NCBI GenBank assembly: GCA_022844165.1
Contig: JALHMH010000012.1
Coordinates: 56,056-120,055, forward strand
Length of the DNA: 64,000 nt
Reading direction: 5' to 3'
DNA from: Lysobacterales bacterium
Lineage (GTDB): Bacteria; Pseudomonadota; Gammaproteobacteria; Xanthomonadales; SZUA-5
Below the pieces are notes generated by a model that saw only the letters and a list, made by a program, of their open reading frames with translations, was not told the origin of the DNA and ran no database searches. The position numbers and the translations under genes are program-made. Shown here piece by piece: positions 18,293-28,048 of this stretch (within the stretch, counting starts at the first letter, position 1; the number at the start of each line of letters is the position of its first letter).

Positions 18293-20851
18293 ATGGATCG
18301 CGTTCTGATGATCGAAGCTTCGGCGACGCGACGTCGTGCGTTGTCTGGCATGTTGACTCAGAAGGCGTTTGCGGTGCGTGTGGTGGCGAACTACGCCGAT
18401 GGCCTTACCGCCATTGGTGCCGAACACGCAGCCGCGATCATCGTCAGTTGGCCGGAATACTCGGATCGCCGCGCCGACGAGGTCTTCGCGCTCCTGCGCT
18501 CCCGCGACTATGCTCATTTGCCAGTGCTGGTCATGGCCGACTCGACCGACGCCGGCGCGCTGAGCTGGTTGATGAAACGCGAACACACAGCGTTGTTGCT
18601 CTGGTCAGACTATTCGGACGCGCCGGAAGCCTTGTGCAAGCTGATTCGTCCGAGCGCGAAACCGGCATCGGAAGTTGCCTCTGGCAACGCTCTGCGCGTG
18701 CTCTTTGTCGATGATTCGCCGACAGTACGGATTGCATTTAAACGTTTGCTGGCAGCCGAAGGATATCTGGTTGACACAGCCAATAGCGCCGAAGAAGGTC
18801 TGGCCCGAGCGCTGGAAGACGACTACAACATCGCCATTGTCGACTACTTTATGCCGGGTAACTCCGGTGCCGAATTGGTGCGGCAGTTGCGCGACAATCC
18901 GAAGACCGCGGGTGTTCTTGCGGCAGTCATCACCGGCACGTATTCAGACCGGGTCATTACAGAGTCGCTGAGTGCGGGCGCCGTCGAATGCATGTTCAAG
19001 AGTGAGGCGCGCGAACTATTTCTGGCGCGGATGCGGTCTTTGTCGCGCACAGTGCATGATCGAATGGCAATCGACAACGAGCGTCGGCGATTGCGCGGAA
19101 TTTTGACCTCGGTCGGTGAGGGCGTCTATGGCGTCGACCCAGCTGGTCGCATCCAGTTCATCAATCCGGCTGCGCTCGATATTCTCGGTTATCCGCATGA
19201 TGTCGATTTCAGGGGTCAATCGGCAGCTGAGCGTTTCCATTTCGCTTTCGAAGATCGCACACGCATCCCGCCTGCGGCGTGTTTCTTGAGCCAGTGTTAT
19301 ATCGACGGTAATCAGGTCAGCGCCTGGCAGACGGTTTTTTGGCACCAATCCGGGCGTTCTGTACCGGTCGAATGCACCGTGTATCCGCTCGACATTGACG
19401 GTCAGCGCGAAGGATCCGTTGTGGCTTTTCGCGACGTATCGCAACAGCGTTTACTGGAAGAAGAACTGCGCTGGCAGGCAAGTCACGATTCGCTCACCAA
19501 GCTGCACAACCGGGCGCATTTCGAGCAAGCGCTTCAGCAGGAAGTGGCGCGCCTCAGGCGCTCCGACCAGGTGTCGCTGCTGTTGTTTATCGATGTCGAT
19601 CGATTCAAATACATCAACGATACCCTTGGCCATGCGGCTGGCGATCAGCTGCTGGTCGAGGCGAGCCACCGATTGAAAGCGCGGCTTCGCGTCGGTGACA
19701 CGATTGCCCGCATGGGTGGCGATGAATACGCGTTGATTATTCGCAATGCGCAGGCGCTCGATCCTTTGCAAGCCGGGGATGAGTTCCGGCGAGCACTGTC
19801 GGGTGAGTTGTTCTCGTACGGTGAGCAGCACTATCGACTGTCGGCGAGCATCGGCATCGCACGGTTGGATCGCAACTCGATGTCGCCGTCCGATGCGATG
19901 GCGAATGCCGATATCGCCTGTCATATCGCCAAGAACAAGGGCCGCAATCAGGTCCACGTGTACTCATACGACAGCGATCAACGGGCGTCAATGGACATCG
20001 AACTGAACTGGTCGGTGCGACTTGAAGAGGCGATCCGCGACAACCTTTTTGTCCTTTGTTTCCAACCGATCTTGCCGCTCGCCGATATCGACCTTTCGGC
20101 GTTGCCTGGTGCAGAGGGCGAACTTTGGCAGTCGCATCTGAATCAGCACGCGCATCGCCGCGTCTACTACGAGGTGTTGTTGCGCATGCGCTCGCAAAGT
20201 GGGGCGCTCGTCGCGCCCGATGCGTTTCTGCCGACTGCCGAGCGTTACAACATGATGCTGGATATCGATAAGTGGGTGCTGCACCACGCGCTCAAAGCGC
20301 TGCGTGAGCAGCAGTTGCTGAATCCGAGTCATCGGCTAGGTCTGTCGATTAACCTATCGGCTCAGTCATTAGGCGCCAATGGCATTGGCCGATTTGTGAT
20401 CGACAAACTCGTCGAGTTCGATGTCGAGCCATCCTTGATTACATTCGAAATCACTGAAACCAAGGCGGTCACCAATCTCGACGCCGCCCGCGAGTTGATT
20501 GCGATGTTGCGTGCCCAGGGGTGTCGTTTCGCGTTGGACGATTTTGGCTGTGGCTTTTCGTCGTTCAGCCATTTGAAGCACCTCAATGTCGATTTCCTCA
20601 AAATCGATGGGTCGTTCATCCAGGGATTGCTCGAGGATCCCGTCGACCGTGCGGTCATCGCGGCAATCAACAACATCGCCCATTCGGTCGGCAAGCGAAC
20701 GGTTGCCGAGTACGTGGATCGCCCTGACGTGTTGTCCGCACTGCACAGCTGTGGCGTAGATTTTGTCCAGGGCTACTACGTCGGCCGGCCGATGGACTCG
20801 CTGAATCACGCGCTGGCGCACTTGCCGGCGCGGGAGTTGTTGGTCGCTTAA
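18293..20851 (+). CDS. REC(degenerate)-REC-PAS-GGDEF-EAL diguanylate cyclase/phosphodiesterase
   Basis: Second REC FVDDS/IVDYFMP, PAS (FINPAAL..VVAFRDVS), HDSLTKLHNR, DVDRFKYINDTLGH, RMGGDEY, EVLLR, DDFGCG, LKIDGSF. Confidence 0.92.
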   Translation: MDRVLMIEASATRRRALSGMLTQKAFAVRVVANYADGLTAIGAEHAAAIIVSWPEYSDRRADEVFALLRSRDYAHLPVLVMADSTDAGALSWLMKREHTALLLWSDYSDAPEALCKLIRPSAKPASEVASGNALRVLFVDDSPTVRIAFKRLLAAEGYLVDTANSAEEGLARALEDDYNIAIVDYFMPGNSGAELVRQLRDNPKTAGVLAAVITGTYSDRVITESLSAGAVECMFKSEARELFLARMRSLSRTVHDRMAIDNERRRLRGILTSVGEGVYGVDPAGRIQFINPAALDILGYPHDVDFRGQSAAERFHFAFEDRTRIPPAACFLSQCYIDGNQVSAWQTVFWHQSGRSVPVECTVYPLDIDGQREGSVVAFRDVSQQRLLEEELRWQASHDSLTKLHNRAHFEQALQQEVARLRRSDQVSLLLFIDVDRFKYINDTLGHAAGDQLLVEASHRLKARLRVGDTIARMGGDEYALIIRNAQALDPLQAGDEFRRALSGELFSYGEQHYRLSASIGIARLDRNSMSPSDAMANADIACHIAKNKGRNQVHVYSYDSDQRASMDIELNWSVRLEEAIRDNLFVLCFQPILPLADIDLSALPGAEGELWQSHLNQHAHRRVYYEVLLRMRSQSGALVAPDAFLPTAERYNMMLDIDKWVLHHALKALREQQLLNPSHRLGLSINLSAQSLGANGIGRFVIDKLVEFDVEPSLITFEITETKAVTNLDAARELIAMLRAQGCRFALDDFGCGFSSFSHLKHLNVDFLKIDGSFIQGLLEDPVDRAVIAAINNIAHSVGKRTVAEYVDRPDVLSALHSCGVDFVQGYYVGRPMDSLNHALAHLPARELLVA

Positions 20852-20937
20852 GCGCTGCGTAATCGCGCGTGTTGAAACTTCGTTCCTGAATTTGAGAAAC
20901 TGCGATCGATCCGTCAAACGCCAGCGACCCCGATCGC

Positions 20938-22338
20938 GTGCAGCAACCCTCGTTCCTCTGGCACGACTACGAGAGTTTTGGCGTTGAGCCTCGGCGCGAT
21001 CGACCGGCCGAATTCGCTGCGCTGCGCACGGATACGGACTTCAATCCGATCGCTGAGCCAGTGACGATTCGCTGCCAGCCCACGATCGATTATTTGCCCG
21101 ACCCGGACGCCTGTCGCGTGACCGGGATCGGTCCGATGCAGGCATTGGAAACGGGCTTGCCGGAACCGCAATTTGCGGCTCGAGTGTTTGGCGAGATGTG
21201 CGAGCCGCAGACCTGCGTGGTGGGTTACAACAATCTGCGATTCGACGATGAAATGACGCGCCATTTGTTCTGGCGAAACTTCTTCGATCCCTATGCCCGC
21301 GAATGGCAGAACGGCAATTCGCGCTTCGACATGATCGATCTGATGCGTGCGGCTTACGCGTTACGTCCGCACGGATTGCATTGGCCGCAGCGCGACGACG
21401 GCGCGCCCAGTTTTCGACTCGACGAACTGGCGCCAGCCAATGGAGTGAAACACGAACATGCGCATTCCGCGTTGGCGGACGTCGAAGCGACGCTGGGTCT
21501 TGCGCGCAAGTTGCGGGCGGCGCAACCCAAGCTCTTTGAGCACGCCCTGAGCCTGCGCGACAAGCACCGGGTGTCAGGCATGTTGAACTGGCAGGCGCGC
21601 GCGCCCTTGGTGCATGTTTCGCAGCGGTTTCCTGCGGCCCGCGGTTGTTTGGCGATTGTCGTCCCGTTGGCATTCCATCCCAGACAGTCAGGAAAAATCA
21701 TTGTTTACGACAGCTACCACGATCCTGCGCCCTTATTGACCGAATCGCCGCAGCGTTTGTCTGAGTTGCTGTTGTTGCCCGGCGACGCAGCTTCGCGCAC
21801 GCCGCTGGGCCTGAAGCTGGTGCACACCAACAAAGTGCCGTTCCTCGCGCCGTTGTCGGTCTTGACGGGCGTCGATCTCGCGCGCATAGCGCTTGACCGA
21901 GAACGCTGTATGGCCAACGTATGCAGCGTGCAGAACGCGCCAGATCTGGATCGCAAGGTTCAAGAGATATTTGCATCTGTGGACGAAAGCCAGCGTGCCA
22001 ATGAAGAGGACGTTGACAGCGCGTTGTACAGCGGGTTCGTCAGCGACGCTGACCGCAGATTGTGCTCTCGATTTCGTTCGGCCTCGCCCGAACAGATGGC
22101 GGAGGTCGCATTGGGATTTCAAGATTGCAGATTGCGCGAGTTGGCGTTTCGCTATCGCGCCCGGCATTTCAACGGCACTTTGAGCCCGATCGAAAAGGAC
22201 CTCTGGCGTGCGTACGGTCGTCGGCAACAGCAAAATGGAAAGAGACCGTTTGCCGCCGTGCTCGAAGCCGCAAATCGCTTTGATGATGCGGTTCGCGTCG
22301 ATGTACTGCGCTGGCTGGAACTGGCCAGCGCAATTTGA
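20938..22338 (+). CDS. sbcB: Exodeoxyribonuclease I
   Basis: FLWHDYESFG..PRRDRPAEFA, GYNNLRFDDE, DPYAREWQNGNSRFD, AHSALADV. Confidence 0.95.
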   Translation: MQQPSFLWHDYESFGVEPRRDRPAEFAALRTDTDFNPIAEPVTIRCQPTIDYLPDPDACRVTGIGPMQALETGLPEPQFAARVFGEMCEPQTCVVGYNNLRFDDEMTRHLFWRNFFDPYAREWQNGNSRFDMIDLMRAAYALRPHGLHWPQRDDGAPSFRLDELAPANGVKHEHAHSALADVEATLGLARKLRAAQPKLFEHALSLRDKHRVSGMLNWQARAPLVHVSQRFPAARGCLAIVVPLAFHPRQSGKIIVYDSYHDPAPLLTESPQRLSELLLLPGDAASRTPLGLKLVHTNKVPFLAPLSVLTGVDLARIALDRERCMANVCSVQNAPDLDRKVQEIFASVDESQRANEEDVDSALYSGFVSDADRRLCSRFRSASPEQMAEVALGFQDCRLRELAFRYRARHFNGTLSPIEKDLWRAYGRRQQQNGKRPFAAVLEAANRFDDAVRVDVLRWLELASAI

Positions 22339-22472
22339 CCGGGTGTGCATCAATCGTGTCCGACTTTGAACGGACGCGCGTCCATTCTTGTGTAAGTCAT
22401 TGAATAATCCTTGATTCGACGACTGGCCCGAGGATTGCATCGCGAGCGCAAACCCTCTTTTTTGGCCCGCTC

Positions 22473-23252
22473 ATGTCCACGCGCACAACTCCACTGGTCG
22501 TTCTTGCCGCTACTTTGCTCGCAGTCGTGACGATGAGCTGGGTTTTTATCTTCCCACGGTTTGTCCAGGACATACCGCTGGACACCGTTGAGGCGTCGTA
22601 CAGCGCGCTCGAAGCCTTGTTCGCCGGCCTGGCGTTCCTGGGCTTGTTGTCGACCATCTGGATTCAACGCCAGGAGCTGCGATTGCAACGCATTGAGCTG
22701 TCGCAAACTCGCGAAGAGATGCGTCGTCAGGCTGAGGCCCAAGAGAAAAGCGAACGTGCATTGCATGCGCAAACCGAGGCGTTGCGCGATGAGGCAGAGC
22801 GCCAGGCGCGCGCCTACTTGCGCATATCGCTGGTGCCAACGGGCAGTTCGAGTTGGGCGCTGGAGATCAGCAATGCCGGGCGAACGCCTGCAGAAGACGT
22901 ACAACTGACCGTCGATCGACCGTTGTGGTTATGGGGACGCGACGATCAATTGAGATTATTGAGTGAACTGCCGCTGTTCGCATGCGGCGGCTTCACCATT
23001 CCGCCGGGCTTTACGTTGACCTACGCGTTGCAAGATCGCCGCGTGCTGTCGCACGTTTTTGAGCGTGCTGTCGACCAGCCAACGCAGTTTTCCATCGGGG
23101 CGCGATATCGTACGACCGCAGGTCGTGTTGTCGAAGAACAGAGCCGTTTCAGTTTGGACCTTCTGGAAGAAACCAGCGCCGGCGACAAAGACTTCTGGAC
23201 GCGCCAGGTGGTGCAGGCGTTGCGCGACCTGAAGCCCAAGGAGCGCCATTGA
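22473..23252 (+). CDS. Hypothetical membrane protein (2 TM, coiled coil, beta-rich C-terminal domain)
   Basis: ALFAGLAFLGLLSTIWIQRQELRLQRIELSQTREEM, then ISNAGRTPAEDVQL. Confidence 0.7.
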   Translation: MSTRTTPLVVLAATLLAVVTMSWVFIFPRFVQDIPLDTVEASYSALEALFAGLAFLGLLSTIWIQRQELRLQRIELSQTREEMRRQAEAQEKSERALHAQTEALRDEAERQARAYLRISLVPTGSSSWALEISNAGRTPAEDVQLTVDRPLWLWGRDDQLRLLSELPLFACGGFTIPPGFTLTYALQDRRVLSHVFERAVDQPTQFSIGARYRTTAGRVVEEQSRFSLDLLEETSAGDKDFWTRQVVQALRDLKPKERH

Positions 23253-23303
23253 TGCCGAAGTCGTCGAAACTGAGAAGATCTCAACCGCGATGCGCTTTGC
23301 GCG

Positions 23304-24197
23304 CTATGAATTGCACTGAAAGTACAAGACATCCGTTGGATCCTTGTCGACCGCTTGCCCGAGGCTGATTTTTCCGCCTTTGCGCAATTGCAATTCGTCG
23401 CGGTGCAGGCGCAGTTCGTCGTCCTCACCGAGCTTAACGTAGGTCCCGTTGGTGCTGCGGTCCGTGAGCACAAAGTAACCGCGCTTAAACTCGATGTGCG
23501 CGTGGTTCCGCGACACCCACTCGTTGTCGACCACCAAGGTACTGCTGGGATCGCGGCCAAGACCAAACGGCGGCGAACTGCTGGACAGCTCAATCAACTG
23601 GCCGCGATACCGTAGCGAGATCTTCGCGCCGGCAGGTGCGTCTTCCAGGCGGATGGCGCGCGCAACCATGGTGACGTTCGATGTGTCCTCTTGCCAAACC
23701 ACATCGACGATTTCAACGGGATTGAGTTTTCCGGCGACACGGACATCGCCCAGATGCCGGGTCCGGATGATCGAGTGATTGGTCAAGCCTCGCACAGTCG
23801 TCAGCGTGGTAACGATTTGCTCACGTTTGGCCATCTGCGTCATACGCGCGGCGGTATTGACTGCATCTCCGTAGACATCACCCTCTTCAAGCAGTGCCTC
23901 GCCATGGTGCAGGCCGATACGCACCGCCAACGATTCCTTTTGCCAGGTCGGATCGCCGTGAATTCGCCGCTGCATATCGATCGACGCCATCAGGCCGGCC
24001 ATTGCGCCAGGAAAGGTACACATCAGCTCATCGCCAATGGTCTTAATGACCCGGCCGCCATGCCGGTGGGTGACTTCTGTCAGGGCACCGAGCACGACTG
24101 TCGTGATTGAGCGCGCGCCGACGTCGCCGAGCTTTTCGAAGAGCTTGGTGCTGCCGGCAATGTCCGCAAAGAGGATGGTGATCGGTTGGAGGCTCAT
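23304..24197 (-). CDS. Class III adenylate cyclase with C-terminal FHA domain
   Basis: ILFADIAGST, IKTIGDELM, RIGLHHG, DVYGDAVNTAARM. FHA motifs GRD, VSRNHA, STNGT. Confidence 0.9.
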   Translation of the reverse strand: MSLQPITILFADIAGSTKLFEKLGDVGARSITTVVLGALTEVTHRHGGRVIKTIGDELMCTFPGAMAGLMASIDMQRRIHGDPTWQKESLAVRIGLHHGEALLEEGDVYGDAVNTAARMTQMAKREQIVTTLTTVRGLTNHSIIRTRHLGDVRVAGKLNPVEIVDVVWQEDTSNVTMVARAIRLEDAPAGAKISLRYRGQLIELSSSSPPFGLGRDPSSTLVVDNEWVSRNHAHIEFKRGYFVLTDRSTNGTYVKLGEDDELRLHRDELQLRKGGKISLGQAVDKDPTDVLYFQCNS

Positions 24198-24459
24198 AGG
24201 GCCAATGCTAGGACATGCGACATGGGTGGGCAAAGCCCTGAATTCGTTTGCCGGAGAAAACCGGGTTGCAGATTGCGCTCGATCCGTTCAAAAGTCACGT
24301 AACGCCCTTGCGCACCTTCACACGAGCATTGACGACTTCAAGCTGACTCCAACGCAGCTGCGCAACGATACGCAGGTTAACTGGCGAATCCCACAGGGTC
24401 CAATGAATCTATGCATTTTTTCGTAGCATCGCGATGATACTTTTGGAGCGTGGACAATC

Positions 24460-25842
24460 ATGGCCCTGCACCTCGATTCGCTCCGCCTGCGCAAATTGGC
24501 CGTTTGGGGTTACGGCGCCGAAGGTCAGGCGGCCTTGCGACTATTACGCACGTACTTTCCTGAAAAGAAAATTGGCGTGATCATCGACGTCGACGAAGCG
24601 GCGCGATGGGATTTCAGCGGCGATCCGATGATCGAAGTGGTCACCGAACCGCCCAGCGCTGGCACGCTAGGGCAGTTTCAGTACATCATCAAATCGCCCG
24701 GCATCAGTCCCTATCCACATCGAAAGGCGATGGAGTGGGCGGGATTTCGCGGCACACGATTTATTTCCGGAACGTCGCTCTGGTTTGGCCACCATGCCCG
24801 CGACAAAACCGTGATCATCACCGGCACTAAAGGAAAGAGTACGACCAGTGCGGTGACGGCTGCTTTGTTGCGCGCCAGTGGCGCTCGCGTTGGACTTGCC
24901 GGGAATATTGGGCTGCCGTTGCTGGAGGTGATCCATGCAGATCCGCCTGCCGACTATTGGGTTATCGAATTGTCAAGCTACCAGGCCGCGGATTTTGTTG
25001 GCCATCCGGCGATCGTCGCAGTTCTCAATCTAAGTCCCGAACATCTGGACTGGCATGGCGATGTCGAGACGTACTATAGCGACAAGCTCAGGCTGGTAGC
25101 GCCCGGTGTCGCCGATCTGGCGGTCGTAAATGCGACGGATGCTGAATTGATGGCGCGCGTCGGTGACGTTGAGCATAAGGCGCTATTCAATCATCGGGGA
25201 TTTTGGCACGCACGTGGCGAGGAGGTTTGGTACGACTCCGAGCGCGTCCTGAGTCTCTCGTCGACATCGCTCAAAGGTGAACACAACGCGGCGAATCTCG
25301 CAGCAGCCTTTACGATTGTGGAGTCGTTCGGTATCGATCCGCGTCCTCTGACGCAGGCGCTCCGCACCTTCAAGCCCCTGCCGCACCGGCTGACCTCGCT
25401 CGGTCTTCACGATGGCATCGAGTACATAGACGACAGCATCGCAACGACGCCGACAGCCACGCTTGCAGCTATTCGAGCCTTGGCCCGCGATGATTTGGTG
25501 GTCATTGTGGGTGGCTTCGATCGTGGCATCGATTGGATGGAGTTTGCAGCAAATGTACCGTCGCGATGTGGCCTGGTGATTATCGGTCAAAACGCTGAGC
25601 GAATCGCCGCGGCGATGGCGGCGGCCGGTAAAGGCATGCAGTGCAATCGTGCTGAGAACCTGGAAAGCGCCATTGCTGTGGCGCGGGGCATGTTGCCGTC
25701 CAAGAACGGAGCGATACTCTTATCGCCGGGCGCGCCCAGCTTCGACCAATACGTCAATTATGCGGCTCGCGGTCGCGCGTTCGCTCTTGCGGCCGGGCTT
25801 GATCCGACTGATGACCACATTGCCGGCATGGGCGTTTTCTGA
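24460..25842 (+). CDS. murD: UDP-N-acetylmuramoyl-L-alanine:glutamate ligase, MurD2 (L-Glu)-type
   Basis: KSPGIS, ITGTKGKSTT, GNIG, IELSSYQ, LNLSPEHLDWH, PHRL, LSPGAPSFDQY. It has DDSIATTP where canonical MurD has NDSKATN. Confidence 0.88.
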   Translation: MALHLDSLRLRKLAVWGYGAEGQAALRLLRTYFPEKKIGVIIDVDEAARWDFSGDPMIEVVTEPPSAGTLGQFQYIIKSPGISPYPHRKAMEWAGFRGTRFISGTSLWFGHHARDKTVIITGTKGKSTTSAVTAALLRASGARVGLAGNIGLPLLEVIHADPPADYWVIELSSYQAADFVGHPAIVAVLNLSPEHLDWHGDVETYYSDKLRLVAPGVADLAVVNATDAELMARVGDVEHKALFNHRGFWHARGEEVWYDSERVLSLSSTSLKGEHNAANLAAAFTIVESFGIDPRPLTQALRTFKPLPHRLTSLGLHDGIEYIDDSIATTPTATLAAIRALARDDLVVIVGGFDRGIDWMEFAANVPSRCGLVIIGQNAERIAAAMAAAGKGMQCNRAENLESAIAVARGMLPSKNGAILLSPGAPSFDQYVNYAARGRAFALAAGLDPTDDHIAGMGVF

Positions 25843-25925
25843 GGGTATTTCAGGTCGTGATTTGCCCCTTGGTCGGAACGAACAACCATCGGTTCTATCT
25901 GTCTTGTCAAGTGCGCATCCCTGCG

Positions 25926-27668
25926 CTAAGCGAATTGCAGGCGCGCTAGTTCGGCATACAGGCCGCCCTGGGCCAACAATTCTTCGTGTTTGCCGCTGGC
26001 GAGGATTTTTCCGCCATCGAATACGATGATGCGGTCGGCTTTGCGAACGGTCGCAAGGCGATGCGCGATCACCAGCGTCGTTCGTCCCAACATCAGGCGC
26101 TCAAGCGCTTGCTGCACGGCTCTTTCGCTTTGCGCATCCAGCGCACTCGTCGCCTCATCCAATAGCAGTATTGAGGCATCGCGGAGCAAAGCCCGGGCGA
26201 TGACGATTCGCTGCTGCTGTCCGCCCGAGAGCCGCACGCCACGTTCGCCCAGATACGTGTCGATGCCGTTTGGCAACGACTCCAGGAACTCCAACGCCTC
26301 GGCAGCACGCGCCGCAGTCAACACCTCCTGGCGACTCGCCGATGGCCTGCCGTAGGCGATGTTGGCGAACGCCGTTGTGCCGAAGATCACTGGGTCCTGC
26401 GGCACCAGGGCGAACAAGTCACGCAAGTCGGCGACGCGCATTTGCCGGACATCCATTCCGTCAATGCGGACCGCGCCACCCTGCGGATCGAAAAAACGCA
26501 GCAGTAGCTGAAAAACGGTGGACTTGCCTGCACCACTCGGCCCCACTAAGGCAATCGTCTCGCCGCGCCGAATCTCAAGGTCGATATGGTCGAGCGCGGC
26601 TCGGTCGGGTCTTGACGGGTAATGGAAGACCACATCGTCGAATGTGATGCGCTCGCGTAAGCCCGCTTTCTCTTGCGGTGCGGTCGGATCGGCAATCAAT
26701 GAACGCAATGCCAATAGTTCGGCGAGACGGCCCATCGCGCCGGAAGCACGTTGCACATCACCCCAAACCTCGCTGACCGCGCCGACGGAGCCGGCGGCGA
26801 TGACCGCGTACAACACAAACTGGCCGAGCTCGCCACCCGACAATGTGCCGGCGAGTACCGCCTTGGCACCGATCCACAGCACCATAACCACAGCCCCGAA
26901 CACCAACAAGATGGCGACTGCGGTCAGTGTTGCGCGCATTCGAATACGGCGTTTCGCTGTGGCCAGCGTGCGGCGCACGGCGTCGCCGAAACGCTGCGAT
27001 TCGCGCGCTTCAGCGACGTTGGCCTGCACTGTGTGCATGGCACTGAAGGTCTCGCCGGCAATGGCCGAGCTGTCCGCTATGCGATCCTGGCTTTCTCGCG
27101 AGAGTTTCTCGACGCGTCGGCCAAATAGCAGAATCGGTGCAATCACCAATGGAATGCCAATGACGATCAGTAGCGACAGCTTTGGACTGGTGATGACCAG
27201 CATGATCAGCGCGCCTGCCAACATGACAATGCTGCGCAGCGCAACGGAGGCACTGGATCCGATCACTGTCTGTATGAGCTCGGTATCGGCTGCCAGGCGG
27301 GATACCAGCTCGCCACTACGCGTGGTTTCAAAAAACGAAAGGTCCTGGGTGAGCAGATGGTCGTAAACCGATCGACGCAAATCGGCCATCACTAATTCGC
27401 CAATGCGCGTGACGAAGTAAAAACGCGCCGCCGTACCGATCGCCAGCAGAACTGCGATCATCAGAAGTGCCAGAAAATAGCGGTCGACGAAGGCAGCATT
27501 CGCGGCAGAGAATCCGTGGTCGATCATTTGCCCCACTGCACTCGGGAGCGACAAAGATGCAGTGGCCGCCAGCAGCAGAAAAGCGACGGCCGCTGCAACC
27601 AGGTTGCGGTAAGGCCGCAGGAATGGCAGCAACGCCGCCAGCGGTTTCACACTGCGCCGCTCAATCAT
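25926..27668 (-). CDS. ABC exporter, fused permease/ATPase (MsbA-related)
   Basis: Six-TM N-terminal domain, GPSGAGKST, LSGGQQQR, LLLDEATSALD, IAHRL. Confidence 0.92.
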   Translation of the reverse strand: MIERRSVKPLAALLPFLRPYRNLVAAAVAFLLLAATASLSLPSAVGQMIDHGFSAANAAFVDRYFLALLMIAVLLAIGTAARFYFVTRIGELVMADLRRSVYDHLLTQDLSFFETTRSGELVSRLAADTELIQTVIGSSASVALRSIVMLAGALIMLVITSPKLSLLIVIGIPLVIAPILLFGRRVEKLSRESQDRIADSSAIAGETFSAMHTVQANVAEARESQRFGDAVRRTLATAKRRIRMRATLTAVAILLVFGAVVMVLWIGAKAVLAGTLSGGELGQFVLYAVIAAGSVGAVSEVWGDVQRASGAMGRLAELLALRSLIADPTAPQEKAGLRERITFDDVVFHYPSRPDRAALDHIDLEIRRGETIALVGPSGAGKSTVFQLLLRFFDPQGGAVRIDGMDVRQMRVADLRDLFALVPQDPVIFGTTAFANIAYGRPSASRQEVLTAARAAEALEFLESLPNGIDTYLGERGVRLSGGQQQRIVIARALLRDASILLLDEATSALDAQSERAVQQALERLMLGRTTLVIAHRLATVRKADRIIVFDGGKILASGKHEELLAQGGLYAELARLQFA

Positions 27669-27870
27669 CGTGCGCTTTCATCAATACACGCGCCAGCCAA
27701 AACATCAGTACGGGGTAGCCAATGCCAATGATCCAGAGATCCCAATTGGTGCGAACCTGGTTAAGCGTCTGGTAGGCGGCAAGAGACAAAATCAACAGGC
27801 CTCCCAAAACGCCAGCGGCTCGAAGGGCCAGCACACAAAGGCGTTGCCAGGTCGAAAGAGTCGTTTTCAT
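27661..27870 (-). CDS. Small two-TM hypothetical membrane protein overlapping the ABC exporter start
   Basis: 69 aa (MKTTLSTW...), two hydrophobic segments. The 3' end overlaps the ABC gene start by 8 nt. Confidence 0.5.
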   Translation of the reverse strand: MKTTLSTWQRLCVLALRAAGVLGGLLILSLAAYQTLNQVRTNWDLWIIGIGYPVLMFWLARVLMKAHDD

Positions 27871-28048
27871 CGTCAGAAGATACACGCTGCGCGTTTCCTA
27901 TCGGTGGACATCTGCGGAGTGATCCCGAAATTTCATGCGTGTAGAACGGTTGTTTTACTTTCTACTGTACGTGAGCCCGCCACCCGCGCAGCTTATACTC
28001 GCCAAGTCGACTCGAAGGACACCTCCACGCGTGGTCAGTGTTGCAGTC

